64,000 nucleotides of DNA from an uncultured Verrucomicrobiae bacterium. GTDB taxonomy: Bacteria; Verrucomicrobiota; Verrucomicrobiia; Limisphaerales; AAA164-E04. A program made the position numbers and the translations under genes. The stretch is taken from the NCBI GenBank assembly GCA_943788245.1, contig CALSPN010000003.1, positions 3,548 to 67,547 on the forward strand, read 5' to 3'. Below are positions 10,656 through 20,895 of this stretch, piece after piece. The notes under the pieces were generated by a model. That model saw only the letters and a list, made by a program, of their open reading frames with translations. It was not told the DNA's origin and searched no databases. Each line of letters opens with the position of its first letter. Positions within the stretch are counted from its first letter, which is position 1.

Positions 10656-12023
10656 TCAGTTTTTCTTTAGATCATAACAAATCAACCGACTCTCACTTCT
10701 AAGATAGAGCTTGTGATTTGACAGCACGGGGGCTGTCCAGCAAGGGTATTTCATTTCGGGGACCTGGAATTTACTGATTTCTTCTGCCATGCCAGGATTT
10801 GGGCGAAACAATCCCAGTTGCCCTGCTTCGCCCATCACGATGAGTTTGTTGTCAGCAAGGATGGCGGAACCTCGCCCATATTTTTCAGGGGGGGCGAGAT
10901 AACTTTTGCGCCAGCTTTCGTCTTGATCCCAAACTAGCTTGCCTGTTGCCATTTCGACACAGCGAAAACGAGCATCTGGTTCGTTTCGCCCCGAAAAGGC
11001 ATAGAGGTTTCCTTCATGTAAAACTGGCGTGGTCCAATGTATTTCGAGCGCTCTGGATCTCCATGTTTCAGTGACTGATGTGCCTCCAGGTGCAACCTTG
11101 AGCAAAACTGAGCCGATACGGTAATAGGCGGCGGAAATTAGGATGGTATCGCCTGATACCACTGGATTCATGGCATTCACGCTTTCGTTGACTCTGGCTC
11201 GAAACCAGAAGTGAAAGTTTTCCTTTCCTGTATCCGGATTGAGAGATACCAGACCTTGTCGCATCAGGCACAATATATGCCGCTGACCGTGGATCGTTGC
11301 CGCCACAGGAGAAGCGTATGAGGCCTGTTTCTCGTACTCCTGCCACTGAACGAAAGGCTCCCCGCGCCATCCTGTTTTACGCTCGCCATCCCAGGTTTTC
11401 CTTCCGACATTCTCCCAGATAGTTTTTCCTGTTGAAGCCTCGAAGGCGACCACTCCCGAGTCGGGTTGCCCACCTACCATGACAATGAGTTTGTCGTCTT
11501 CGAGAAGTGGCGTGCTGCCCACACCAAAGAATGCTTCCGGTATATTGAAATCCTTGGCGGTATCTCTCATCCAGATTTCTCTCCCGTCCTGCATGCCGAT
11601 GCAATACAACTTGCCCTCAGCACCAAGAATATAGCAGCGATCTTGGGTCAAGATGGGCGTACAGCGGGGACCGTTGTTGTATCCAAAAGGGTCAATGTAG
11701 TTGGAGGGGTATTTGAAAGTCCAAACGGTTTTCCCCGTTGAAGGGTCCATCGATTCAACTACTTCTTCCTTTTTTATCCGATGATGCAGCACCAAGTTGC
11801 CATTGCTCACGGAAGGGGCACTGTAACCTGTTCCCACCACCTTTTTCCACTCCAGTGGCGGGCCTTCTTTCGGCCATGCATCCAAAAGACCGGTTTCTTG
11901 GGATTTACAGTCTGCGTGGATGCCGAGAAATCTTGGCCAATCGGCAGCTTGCAAATCAAGAACGACAGCAAACAGGAAAAAGGTTGCACTTAATTCTAGT
12001 GTTTTTCGGCAGATTGATTTCAT
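10656..12023 (-). CDS. PQQ-binding-like beta-propeller repeat protein (BamB-like PVC family)
   Basis: Signal peptide, ADWPRFLG start, WPKEGPPLEWK, GYSAPSV, repeated TGKxxW blades, C-terminal WTAPVLSNHKLYLRS. Confidence 0.85.
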   Translation of the reverse strand: MKSICRKTLELSATFFLFAVVLDLQAADWPRFLGIHADCKSQETGLLDAWPKEGPPLEWKKVVGTGYSAPSVSNGNLVLHHRIKKEEVVESMDPSTGKTVWTFKYPSNYIDPFGYNNGPRCTPILTQDRCYILGAEGKLYCIGMQDGREIWMRDTAKDFNIPEAFFGVGSTPLLEDDKLIVMVGGQPDSGVVAFEASTGKTIWENVGRKTWDGERKTGWRGEPFVQWQEYEKQASYASPVAATIHGQRHILCLMRQGLVSLNPDTGKENFHFWFRARVNESVNAMNPVVSGDTILISAAYYRIGSVLLKVAPGGTSVTETWRSRALEIHWTTPVLHEGNLYAFSGRNEPDARFRCVEMATGKLVWDQDESWRKSYLAPPEKYGRGSAILADNKLIVMGEAGQLGLFRPNPGMAEEISKFQVPEMKYPCWTAPVLSNHKLYLRSESRLICYDLKKN

Positions 12024-12139
12024 GAATCGTTACGCTACGAGTCTGGTTTTATTTGGGAAGAAAAAAGAAGCTGCATTTTACTCTTTGAACTCCCATCAGT
12101 GCTTGACCCAAGTTCGGTTTCAAAGCATGTTCGTTCATC

Positions 12140-13582
12140 TTGAAAACAATTCTAATCCATCTTTTTCTGTTTTTGTTCCTGCTGATTGTGGAGGCTGCCG
12201 AGCCTGAGAAATCAGTCATTCAAATTTTTACTTTCAGCCAGGAACCGGATTGGGATGAGCCTTGGAATTCTTCGCAAGTGCGTCGTGCAACAGGTTCCGG
12301 ATTTGTGATTGAGGGCAATCGCATTATGACCAATGCTCACGTTGTCAGCTGGGCAAAACAAATTATGGTTCGCCGCTTTCAGGATTCACGACCTCACTTG
12401 GCTCAAGTGGCCTATGTGGGTCATGATTGTGACCTTGCACTTCTTGAAGTCGAGGATGAAACTTTCTTCGAGGGTTTGAAACCTCTTCCCATCGGTGTTT
12501 TGCCTGAAGTCAGGTCGGTTGTGAACACCATCGGGTATCCCGCTGGGGGCGAGCAAATATCGTATACAAGTGGTGTGGTTAGTCGGGTTGAATTGATCAA
12601 TTATGTTCAGCCGGGCAATCGAAGCTTGTTGGCAGTGCAGACCGATGCCGCGATCAACCCAGGCAATTCAGGTGGTCCTGTGATGATGGATGATCAAGTT
12701 GTGGGAGTTGCTTTTCAGGGTACTCCCGGACTTGAGAATACGGGGTTCTTCATCCCGCCGCCAGTGATTCAGCACTTTCTAAAAGATGTGCAAGATACAC
12801 ATTATCATGGTTTTCCTCAAGCGGGAATCAGGCTTTCCCCGCTCATCAACCCAGCCTATCGCAAATATCTAAAACTTGAATCCCCTGATTTGGGCGCTCG
12901 TATCGATACCTTGATGAGTGATTCAGCCAAGGAGTTTTTACGAGAAGACGATGTGCTGCTCGAAGCCAATGGCTACCCTGTTTCGGCGGACACAACCATC
13001 TTGTACGAAGGGAATCAAGTTCACGGTGGCATTGCATTCAGCCAGGCCCAGCACAACAGCAAAGTCCCTGTCAAAATCTGGCGCGACGGAGGAGAGCTTG
13101 AGTTGGAGTTGCCTGTTTTCGTCAATTACAAAGATCGACTCGAAGGCAATCAATACGTCCCTCCCAAATACTTTGCGTATGCAGGATTGATTTTTACGCC
13201 GCTCAGCAGAGATTATCTCAGTAGTTTCGGACAGAATTGGTCATCTGTCGCCGGGATTGGCCTGCTTTATGAATTGTTTTATCGGAAAAACACGGAACCT
13301 GAGCGATCAAGGACCGAACCGGTGATGCTATCCACGGTTCTCGCTCATCCGGTCAACGCTAATATGGAAATTCGCGGTCGCGTTCTGGTTGACTCAGTCA
13401 ATGGCAAGCGTATTGATTCAATGACCGATTTAATAAAGGCCTTTGAATCTCACGAAGGTTCTCACCACTTGATTGAATTTGGTGAGCGTCTCGGTTTTGA
13501 ATGCCTTGATCGCGATGCTGCCAACAGCGCCAACAATCAAATCCTGCAAACCTACGGCATTCAACTTGATCGACAATTATGA
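12140..13582 (+). CDS. Deg/HtrA-family serine protease (Deg2-like) with PDZ domains
   Basis: Signal peptide; GSGFVI; triad motifs TNAHVV, DCDLALL, AAINPGNSGGP; C-terminal PKYFAYAGLIFTPLS as in Deg2-type PDZ-like domains. Confidence 0.9.
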   Translation: MKTILIHLFLFLFLLIVEAAEPEKSVIQIFTFSQEPDWDEPWNSSQVRRATGSGFVIEGNRIMTNAHVVSWAKQIMVRRFQDSRPHLAQVAYVGHDCDLALLEVEDETFFEGLKPLPIGVLPEVRSVVNTIGYPAGGEQISYTSGVVSRVELINYVQPGNRSLLAVQTDAAINPGNSGGPVMMDDQVVGVAFQGTPGLENTGFFIPPPVIQHFLKDVQDTHYHGFPQAGIRLSPLINPAYRKYLKLESPDLGARIDTLMSDSAKEFLREDDVLLEANGYPVSADTTILYEGNQVHGGIAFSQAQHNSKVPVKIWRDGGELELELPVFVNYKDRLEGNQYVPPKYFAYAGLIFTPLSRDYLSSFGQNWSSVAGIGLLYELFYRKNTEPERSRTEPVMLSTVLAHPVNANMEIRGRVLVDSVNGKRIDSMTDLIKAFESHEGSHHLIEFGERLGFECLDRDAANSANNQILQTYGIQLDRQL

Positions 13583-15057
13583 TCCGCATTTTTTCTTCAT
13601 TGCTTCTGGCCGCGTTGACCAGCTCGGCAGTCTTGACTGTCAAAGCTGAACCTGAGTCTGACCTTTGGGGGCGCTCACTTGTGCAGATTGAATCCACGAG
13701 GCATCAATATGAATTTTTCCAGCCCTGGTCGCGCAGGACATCGTCTAACAGCAAATTCGGTGTCGTTGTCGGAGGCCAGCGCATCCTCACTACTGCAGAC
13801 TATCTTTTTGATCATACTGTTCTGCGTGTCCAAAAGGGCGGGCGTGGTGCGTGGTATGAAGCTTCGCTTAAATGGATAGATTATCATGCCAATCTGGCCT
13901 TGGTGGAGGTTGAGGATACTGGTTTCTGGACTGGCCTGAAGCCTGTCAAATTTGCAGATCCTGTTCCAGTAACAGGAGAGGCCAAACTGATTCGCTGGAA
14001 TGATGGACGTCTAGAAATGCGTCGTCTGGAGATCAATCGACTACGGATGGGGCGCAGTGCCTTGTCCTATGTCGATCTCCCTCAGTTGGAATTAGACTCT
14101 GAGATCGATGGGGTGGGATGGTCGGAGGCTGTTGTTTACCAAGGCAGTTTGATCGGCTTGACCACGTCTCAAGCGCGCAGCAAATGTACGGCTGTCCCGT
14201 CCTTTTTCATTGAAAAGGTTTTGGAGGAAGTCGAACAGCAACGTTTTCTGGGGGTAGGTTATTTTAATTTCTATTGGAAAAAGGCCGAAAATCCAGCTGT
14301 CTTGGATTATCTCAAACTTGAAGGTGAAAAACGTGGCGTCATCGTGACGGAGATTATTTCAATTCCAGGCCATGAAACGAGAGTGAAACCAAAAGACATT
14401 CTTTTGAAGGTCGATGGGTTCGATATCGACATCACTGGGGATTATCTGGATCCGGTATACGGCAACATGATGCTGGAGAGACTTGCAACGCGTGGTCATT
14501 GGGCAGGAGACAAAATCCCGATGACTGTATGGAGAGATGGTGCCGAAATAGAGCTTGAGTTCAAGTTGGCGACTGCAGACTACAATAAAGAGTATGTGCC
14601 GTCTGCTCGTTTTGACATGCCACCTGAGTATCTCATGGCAGGAGGACTTGTTTTTCAGCCGCTCACAGAACCCTATTTGCGCAGTTGGGGAAGCGAATGG
14701 CAAAGACGCGCACCCGTGCGTCTGGTGAGGCTCAAGGAGCGTCGTCCGACTGAAGAAAATCCGGGTTGTGTGTTGCTTTCGCTCGTATTGCCTGATTCCT
14801 ACAATCTGGGTTATCAGGATTACCGCTACCTGGCACTTGACAAGGTCAATGGCATGAAAATCACCAATCTACCAGAATTAAAGCATGCGTTGGACCATCC
14901 AAAAGAATCGTTTCATGTCATTGAATTTTTACCTGGTGAAAGTGTTCAGAAAATGGTGCTCGACGCGGTTCAGCTCAAGAGTGCTACCCAGCGCGTCATG
15001 TTTGATTACCGTTTACCCACGGATTATTTTGTTGGTTCCAAAGACTCTGAGCCTTGA
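13579..15057 (+). CDS. Deg/HtrA-like paralogue with degenerate catalytic triad (probable pseudoprotease)
   Basis: Same architecture as the upstream gene (signal peptide, trypsin-like region, PPEYLMAGGLVFQPLT), but TTADYL / HANLAL / DGVGWSEAV replace the triad motifs. ATGA overlap with the upstream stop. Confidence 0.8.
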   Translation: MIRIFSSLLLAALTSSAVLTVKAEPESDLWGRSLVQIESTRHQYEFFQPWSRRTSSNSKFGVVVGGQRILTTADYLFDHTVLRVQKGGRGAWYEASLKWIDYHANLALVEVEDTGFWTGLKPVKFADPVPVTGEAKLIRWNDGRLEMRRLEINRLRMGRSALSYVDLPQLELDSEIDGVGWSEAVVYQGSLIGLTTSQARSKCTAVPSFFIEKVLEEVEQQRFLGVGYFNFYWKKAENPAVLDYLKLEGEKRGVIVTEIISIPGHETRVKPKDILLKVDGFDIDITGDYLDPVYGNMMLERLATRGHWAGDKIPMTVWRDGAEIELEFKLATADYNKEYVPSARFDMPPEYLMAGGLVFQPLTEPYLRSWGSEWQRRAPVRLVRLKERRPTEENPGCVLLSLVLPDSYNLGYQDYRYLALDKVNGMKITNLPELKHALDHPKESFHVIEFLPGESVQKMVLDAVQLKSATQRVMFDYRLPTDYFVGSKDSEP

Positions 15058-16712
15058 TTCAAGGTGTTTTCCTTATAATCTTTTTCAAGACCCGGCCTTG
15101 TCGAGGCAAGCAGTCGCAATTGATTGTTGAGTTTGCTTCGGCAGCTGGTGATCAACCAGAGTGAATACCCAAGGCCAATTGCAAACCATGTGCTCAGCAT
15201 AAAATATTCTTCACCCCCTATTAAGGCGAAGCCCCTTCCTCGGGCTGCAAGGATAATGAATATGATGAACCCCAAAAACAAAATCCAGGGTACGATTAGC
15301 ACGTGAAAAAGAGTGCCTCCGATTGCCCTGTTCACATGTCTGGCTCGCACGCTGTTCCAGAGCCCGCACCAAAAAAGAGCAAAGCTATCGACAATAAGTA
15401 AAATCAGATGCGCCATAAGCATTATCACCACGTAAGTGGTCTGGCTTCCTCCTAACCTTCTAGATTCGATGAGCAGTAAGAATGCGAAGAAAAGGGTCAG
15501 TACACACAGGAAAATGAGCGGCCCTATAAATTGATCTAAGATCGCTTTCCAGTGTCCGCTGAGCACATCCTTCACTCTCAATGGAGTGCTGAAAAGAAGC
15601 TCCAAAGATCCATTTCTCCGATCATCTGTCAGTCTTTGGCTTGATTCGGCACCAATCCAAAATTTGAGTATCAAACTGCTGAAGTAAGCTGTTCCGATGA
15701 AGTTGGCCGTTTCATTGTAAAATATGCTGCCAAACCGTATGCTCCCCCATATCCAATAAACACCGCCCAACGCAAAAATGAGCCAGGGATAGAGTTTTTT
15801 TAAACGACTTCGGCAATGAAGCCACATGACAGGGTTTCTGGACAACAGGCGTTCGCGTAATCTGGTTTCATACCTTTTCGATCCTCTATCTGCCCTCAGT
15901 AGCTTTTCTTTGCGCTTTAGTTGAGCACCAGAGAAAGGGCGATCCTGCCAACATTTGGAAACTGCGAGCGAAGCGGTCACAATAAATATCCACATGAATA
16001 CATGATTGGTTATCAAAGATTTCCAGTAGGACCATGGTTCCGCTAAATACGCGCGATCCGCTACCATGCTCATTCCGTAGATTGCGCTATGGACGGAATA
16101 AGTGTCGACATTGATGGGCGATGGGGAATTTTTGGTGACCATGCCTATTAAAAACAGGCAGATAGGACCTGCTCCAAGCAATACGATCATCATCGCAAAA
16201 GTGGAAACAGCCGATTTCACGGCTTTTGTGCAGTAAACAGAGATACAAATACCAACGGAAAGTGAAAGAAGCATAGTGTTGATCAGTAACAGAATTAATC
16301 GTCCAAATTCCTTTCCGGTTACACTGCCCAACAAAAGGGGGATGGCCAATACGGGAAGGATGGCAAGCAGGCCGCAAATGGATCTCAGTGAGGTGGCGGC
16401 CAGTTTGCCGAAAACAACATCGTAACCGCTTAGGTCTGTAAGGAATAGTAAACCAAGAGTGCCCTCTCTTTTTTCTTCGCCCACACAATCTGAAGTAATC
16501 CAGATGCCTTCCATTGCGCAGTAAACGAATGCAAAGCTCGAAAGTGTGTAAAAAAGACTCGAGCCCATAGTGACGGGCGCGGCTTGGTTGAAAGACATGA
16601 TTAAGCCGCTGATAAAGATAGCGGCAAGGGCAAATACGGTCCTTCCTGTGTAGAGAGAGCGGCGGCGGGAGGCAACCCTGAGTTCTCGGGCGACAATAGG
16701 GAATAGGCTCAT
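15024..16712 (-). CDS. ABC transporter permease (duplicated ABC-2-like halves)
   Basis: PIVARELRVASRR, EEKREGTLGLLFLT and second-half DDRRNGSLELLFSTPL; many TM helices; 3' end overlaps the convergent gene by 34 bp. Confidence 0.85.
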   Translation of the reverse strand: MSLFPIVARELRVASRRRSLYTGRTVFALAAIFISGLIMSFNQAAPVTMGSSLFYTLSSFAFVYCAMEGIWITSDCVGEEKREGTLGLLFLTDLSGYDVVFGKLAATSLRSICGLLAILPVLAIPLLLGSVTGKEFGRLILLLINTMLLSLSVGICISVYCTKAVKSAVSTFAMMIVLLGAGPICLFLIGMVTKNSPSPINVDTYSVHSAIYGMSMVADRAYLAEPWSYWKSLITNHVFMWIFIVTASLAVSKCWQDRPFSGAQLKRKEKLLRADRGSKRYETRLRERLLSRNPVMWLHCRSRLKKLYPWLIFALGGVYWIWGSIRFGSIFYNETANFIGTAYFSSLILKFWIGAESSQRLTDDRRNGSLELLFSTPLRVKDVLSGHWKAILDQFIGPLIFLCVLTLFFAFLLLIESRRLGGSQTTYVVIMLMAHLILLIVDSFALFWCGLWNSVRARHVNRAIGGTLFHVLIVPWILFLGFIIFIILAARGRGFALIGGEEYFMLSTWFAIGLGYSLWLITSCRSKLNNQLRLLASTRPGLEKDYKENTLNQGSESLEPTK

Positions 16713-16751
16713 GAATAATAAAGAGGCTTCTGTTGATCTTACCTGTCCTGC

Positions 16752-17777
16752 CTACTGCGTTTCTCCTTTTGTCATTCGCATGAAAACCTCTTCCAGGCCG
16801 AGTTCTTCCTCTTTCAATCCATGAATGGGAACTCCATTCCTTACCAGCGTTTCTGCAATGATGCTGACGTCTGCATCATGGGATGCCATTGTGACTCGTA
16901 TGCTGCCATCTACCATTTCAGCCTCTGAAACTTCGGATTGAGTTTTGAGGAACCCAATGGCTTTGTCAGGATCGGAACCAACCTTTACCCAAACAATATG
17001 ACTGGTTTCCATCTGGTTTTTGACTCCCTGAACAGAGCCGCTGTAGATAAGTTTTCCCCGCTCAATGATGGCAACACGATTGCACAAGGATTGAAGCTCA
17101 CTGAGAATATGTGATGAAATGATAATCGTTTTACCCATCCGTTGTAATTCCTGCAGAATGGCCATCATTTCAATGCGGGCTCGGGGGTCCAGTCCGCTGG
17201 CAGGTTCATCGAGCAAGAGGAGTTCAGGATCGTGGATTAAAACGCGTGCCAAACCGATACGTTGTTGCATGCCGAGACTCAAGGTTCCGATCAGTGCACC
17301 TTTTTTTTCTGACAAGCCAACTAGTTCCAGAACATCCCCTACCGTTTTTTCACGTTGTCCGGAAGGGATGCGGTAGCAAGCTCCAAAGAAATCCAGGTAT
17401 TCGGTAACCTCCATGTCCTTGTAAACCCCGAAAAAGTCCGGCATGTAACCGATGACATGACGCACCGCATCTGCCTCTGCGACTACGTCCTTACCCAGAA
17501 CTTTTGCGGTGCCCGACGATGGCTTCAGGAAAGTTGCCAGGATTCTCAGGGTGGTTGTTTTGCCAGCACCATTGGAGCCAATGAATCCAAAAAGATCGCC
17601 TCTGTTGACTGTCAGGTCCAACATGTTGAGGGCAGTCATATCGCTGTACTGCCGGGTCAGTAAGCTAGTCTGTACTGCTGGTAAATCCTTTACAGCCTTG
17701 TCCGGTCTTGGATCAGCTTTGATCATGGGTGTGTGTTTAGTTCCAGGACTCATGGTGAAGATCTCATTGAGTGTCAT
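16752..17777 (-). CDS. ABC transporter ATP-binding protein
   Basis: Walker A GSNGAGKTT, signature LSLGMQQR, Walker B LLLLDEP, H-loop ISSH. Confidence 0.95.
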   Translation of the reverse strand: MTLNEIFTMSPGTKHTPMIKADPRPDKAVKDLPAVQTSLLTRQYSDMTALNMLDLTVNRGDLFGFIGSNGAGKTTTLRILATFLKPSSGTAKVLGKDVVAEADAVRHVIGYMPDFFGVYKDMEVTEYLDFFGACYRIPSGQREKTVGDVLELVGLSEKKGALIGTLSLGMQQRIGLARVLIHDPELLLLDEPASGLDPRARIEMMAILQELQRMGKTIIISSHILSELQSLCNRVAIIERGKLIYSGSVQGVKNQMETSHIVWVKVGSDPDKAIGFLKTQSEVSEAEMVDGSIRVTMASHDADVSIIAETLVRNGVPIHGLKEEELGLEEVFMRMTKGETQ

Positions 17778-19966
17778 TTCGCTGAGTCGGTCTTTGGGAT
17801 GACCAGGCGCAAAAGAGTTCTACGTGTTTCTTTGTTGGGTGTGAACTGGTTCAATTTGGGAATGCCGATCTCGGTCTCTGACCAAGCCAGAAGGACAGCG
17901 TTGTCGTCCTCTAGAAATGAAGTTAAATCCATGTTGCGTTGATGATTGAAATTGAGGTTATTGATACCTTTTTTATAAAGAATATCCGCAAAACTCGCGG
18001 CTGCCGAGGTCGCCACCATATCGTCCAAGCGGTATGTTTGGCCCAGTGCAAGGGATCGGCTTCGCAGGGCTCTGCTGAATGTGGACGAGTTTTTTTGGAG
18101 GAATTCCTCCAAATCGACAGAGGATGTTTCAGATAACTTCGTGCTCCCAAAACCTTTCAATGTGTAAACCTGATCGTTCACAATGAGTAGAAAATGGCTG
18201 AAATCAAAGGGTGACATGTTTTGCAAGACAATTGCAGCCTCCGGGGTTCCCTGTTTCTTTAATGAGGCCTCAATGGGCGCCATTTCCAGTTGATCATACC
18301 AATCACTGATGAACATTCTACTTGTCCATACCGGAACAGAAACGCCTGCCAGAAATCCCTTAGCTTGTCTCAATACCTTGGAGGATTGCCCGCCGAAGGA
18401 TCCATTCCAATTTGCACTTGCTTCCGCGCGTAAGGATCCCAGGTTGCGATTGGAGACGAGTTCGTAATCTGCGTTGATCGGGGAGTAAAGCGAACCATAC
18501 GTGCGGCCACGGGTGATGGTTTCCTGACCAAACGGGATGACATCTACGACATGCAATTCACTCCATTCCAAATCTCCCGCACGCAGACGGAATCCAACAT
18601 AGTAAATCACTGCTGAAAACAGGATCACATAGGCAGGAAAAGTAACCCATGTCCACATCTGACGATTCAGCTTCTTGAGAACGATTCGATCAATCGGGCC
18701 AATACAGGCAAGATAAACTACGAGCATTGCCATTAGCCATTCGACCGGTAATTTTTTGACCTGGCGACTTTCGATCATGGACCCAAAAAGTCCGTCCACA
18801 CTTTGGCCGCTCCAGAAATTTCTGTTTCCTCCCTCAAACCAATGCCCGGGGATACCTCCCAGCTTTGCCCAAAACCAAGGTTTATTTTTCCACGTTTTAA
18901 TCGGGTCACGTTCTGGACTGAATGTCAGCAGTGTTAACTGTCCTCTTCCTCTCCTTGCCTGAATGATGAGTGGAAGGCCTTCTTGTTTTGCAAGCACAGA
19001 ACCGTCCGTGACTGTTCCGGTGACGATCGGAAGGGCGCGACCTTTTTTTTCCTTATCGTCTTTTAATCGGGTGTATCGGTTGTCTACATTGCGATTGTGG
19101 CGGTAGTTGTTTTGGTCGAGACGATTGATCAGGGATGGATCGCATGTAGCGGTAGGAGAAAGTTTCTCAGATGGATTTCTCAGCCATTTTTCAAGCGTAC
19201 CATCCCAATTCAAGGATCCCACTCCGTCAGGAATAAAGGGAATCAAATTACTCAGCCATTCTGTTGAATTAATTTCAGCCGGTTCATCCATGGCAACAAT
19301 TAAATGTCCGCCCTGAGCGAGCCACGCGCCAAGCGCTTTTGACTGCGGGATCTCTAATTCAATGGCTCGTGAGGCATGCAGATAAAGTGAATTGAGACCT
19401 TCCAATGCCAGCGGTTGATCGGGGAAATGAGCTGTCTGAATGCGTCCGCTTTGAGGTCTGTAATGTTCCTGGCGCGGCTCTTCAGGAAATTTTGGTTGTC
19501 CGGCGAAACTGCGTGACACGGACCCCATGAGATAGCCCGACCATGGAATCATTTCAGTAGCTTGAAATTGAGATCTTTCTTCGATCGTTTGGCCGTTTTT
19601 ACTGATTAATTTTGCGGTCCAGTTGTCGAGGTTGCCTCCGTCTTTGAAAAAAACTGGAATGACGACTTTCTTGCGGGTGTTTGTCGGTAATTCGATTGGA
19701 ACCCTGTGTTCAACCCCGGTGTTGGAATCCCTGAGGGAAACGAAACCATTGAAATCGGGGCCATCCTGATGCAATTCAAAAGTGAAAGGGCACCAATGAT
19801 GCGTTCGCACATAATCTCCGTAACCCGGAAAGACATCGAACTGAAGCGCTGCCTTTGTGGTTAACGCAGCAAAGCACAGCAAAATCCAAGTCAAAAGCAT
19901 GAAAGATGCTTTCAATCGGCCTTTTCTAATACAGGCCTGCAATTTTGCTTTCGTGGATTTCTTCAT
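17774..19966 (-). CDS. Large membrane-anchored protein associated with the ABC module (function unknown)
   Basis: 730-aa ORF with N-terminal hydrophobic segment, internal TM pair (LVVYLACIGPIDRIVLKK...WTWVTFP) and ATGA coupling to the ATPase gene. Confidence 0.7.
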   Translation of the reverse strand: MKKSTKAKLQACIRKGRLKASFMLLTWILLCFAALTTKAALQFDVFPGYGDYVRTHHWCPFTFELHQDGPDFNGFVSLRDSNTGVEHRVPIELPTNTRKKVVIPVFFKDGGNLDNWTAKLISKNGQTIEERSQFQATEMIPWSGYLMGSVSRSFAGQPKFPEEPRQEHYRPQSGRIQTAHFPDQPLALEGLNSLYLHASRAIELEIPQSKALGAWLAQGGHLIVAMDEPAEINSTEWLSNLIPFIPDGVGSLNWDGTLEKWLRNPSEKLSPTATCDPSLINRLDQNNYRHNRNVDNRYTRLKDDKEKKGRALPIVTGTVTDGSVLAKQEGLPLIIQARRGRGQLTLLTFSPERDPIKTWKNKPWFWAKLGGIPGHWFEGGNRNFWSGQSVDGLFGSMIESRQVKKLPVEWLMAMLVVYLACIGPIDRIVLKKLNRQMWTWVTFPAYVILFSAVIYYVGFRLRAGDLEWSELHVVDVIPFGQETITRGRTYGSLYSPINADYELVSNRNLGSLRAEASANWNGSFGGQSSKVLRQAKGFLAGVSVPVWTSRMFISDWYDQLEMAPIEASLKKQGTPEAAIVLQNMSPFDFSHFLLIVNDQVYTLKGFGSTKLSETSSVDLEEFLQKNSSTFSRALRSRSLALGQTYRLDDMVATSAAASFADILYKKGINNLNFNHQRNMDLTSFLEDDNAVLLAWSETEIGIPKLNQFTPNKETRRTLLRLVIPKTDSAK

Positions 19967-20369
19967 TCACAAAGTGTGATTCATGTTTTCAGATTGCGCG
20001 AAACGGCTGCCACAGCTTTGTTTCAGCCGCGTCTGATGAGAACGCATCAATATCCAAGCGGTGCCTCTCTTCCCCTCTGCAGGCAATGGTGTTCGTTTAT
20101 GTTCTAATGCCATGAGGTTTGCAAGATATTCTACCTGAATGCGAATCCCTTGATTTTTGCATCTTTTCAGGTTTCAGTGCCATTTTCTTAAAGTATTTCC
20201 ATCGAATTTATTTGCCAATACCTGTTTTCATTTCCACGCCAACCAACTTTTAGAGGGCTGGAGCGCATGAAAATATGTAATTAAAGCCCGGTTTCCTGCT
20301 TTTTCATGTTGACCCTCTGGTTAAAATTTAGAACTCTCCCCATTTCGCTTGACGGCGTCCTGCGTATCT

Positions 20370-20843
20370 ATGAGACACACAATATCAGTTTTGGTTGAAA
20401 ATAAGTTTGGCGTTTTGACACGAATCGCTGGCTTGTTCAGTGGTAGAGGCTTCAATATTGACACATTGAACGTCGCTCCGACCTATGCAGATGACACTTC
20501 CTGCATGACGATTGTGACTCAGGGAGACGATGCAACTTTAGTGCAAATCGTGCGTCAATTGAACAAGCTCCCCGAGGTGTTGGAGGTTCAAGATTTTCGC
20601 GAACAAATGCATGTCGACCGCGAGCTGGTGCTCATCAAAGTCAACGCCGACTCCAAATCCCGGTCCGAAGTCATGCAGATCACAGATATTTTCCGCGCCA
20701 AGATCATTGATGTTCACCCCAACTCATTGACCATCGAAGTCACAGGCTCTGAGGGTAAAATCTCCAAGTTCATCGACCTGATGAGCCGGTTTGGAATCCG
20801 TGCCCTGACCCGCACCGGCACGGTTGCCCTGCCGCGAGCTTGA
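20370..20843 (+). CDS. ilvN: Acetolactate synthase small (regulatory) subunit
   Basis: [36 protein letters not shown] domain, [15 protein letters not shown]; ATG at 20370 preferred. Confidence 0.95.
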   Translation: MRHTISVLVENKFGVLTRIAGLFSGRGFNIDTLNVAPTYADDTSCMTIVTQGDDATLVQIVRQLNKLPEVLEVQDFREQMHVDRELVLIKVNADSKSRSEVMQITDIFRAKIIDVHPNSLTIEVTGSEGKISKFIDLMSRFGIRALTRTGTVALPRA

Positions 20844-20895
20844 GCAGCTTTTTTATCATACGCAAAAGATACCTAACAACAAACGCAGAAATAAA

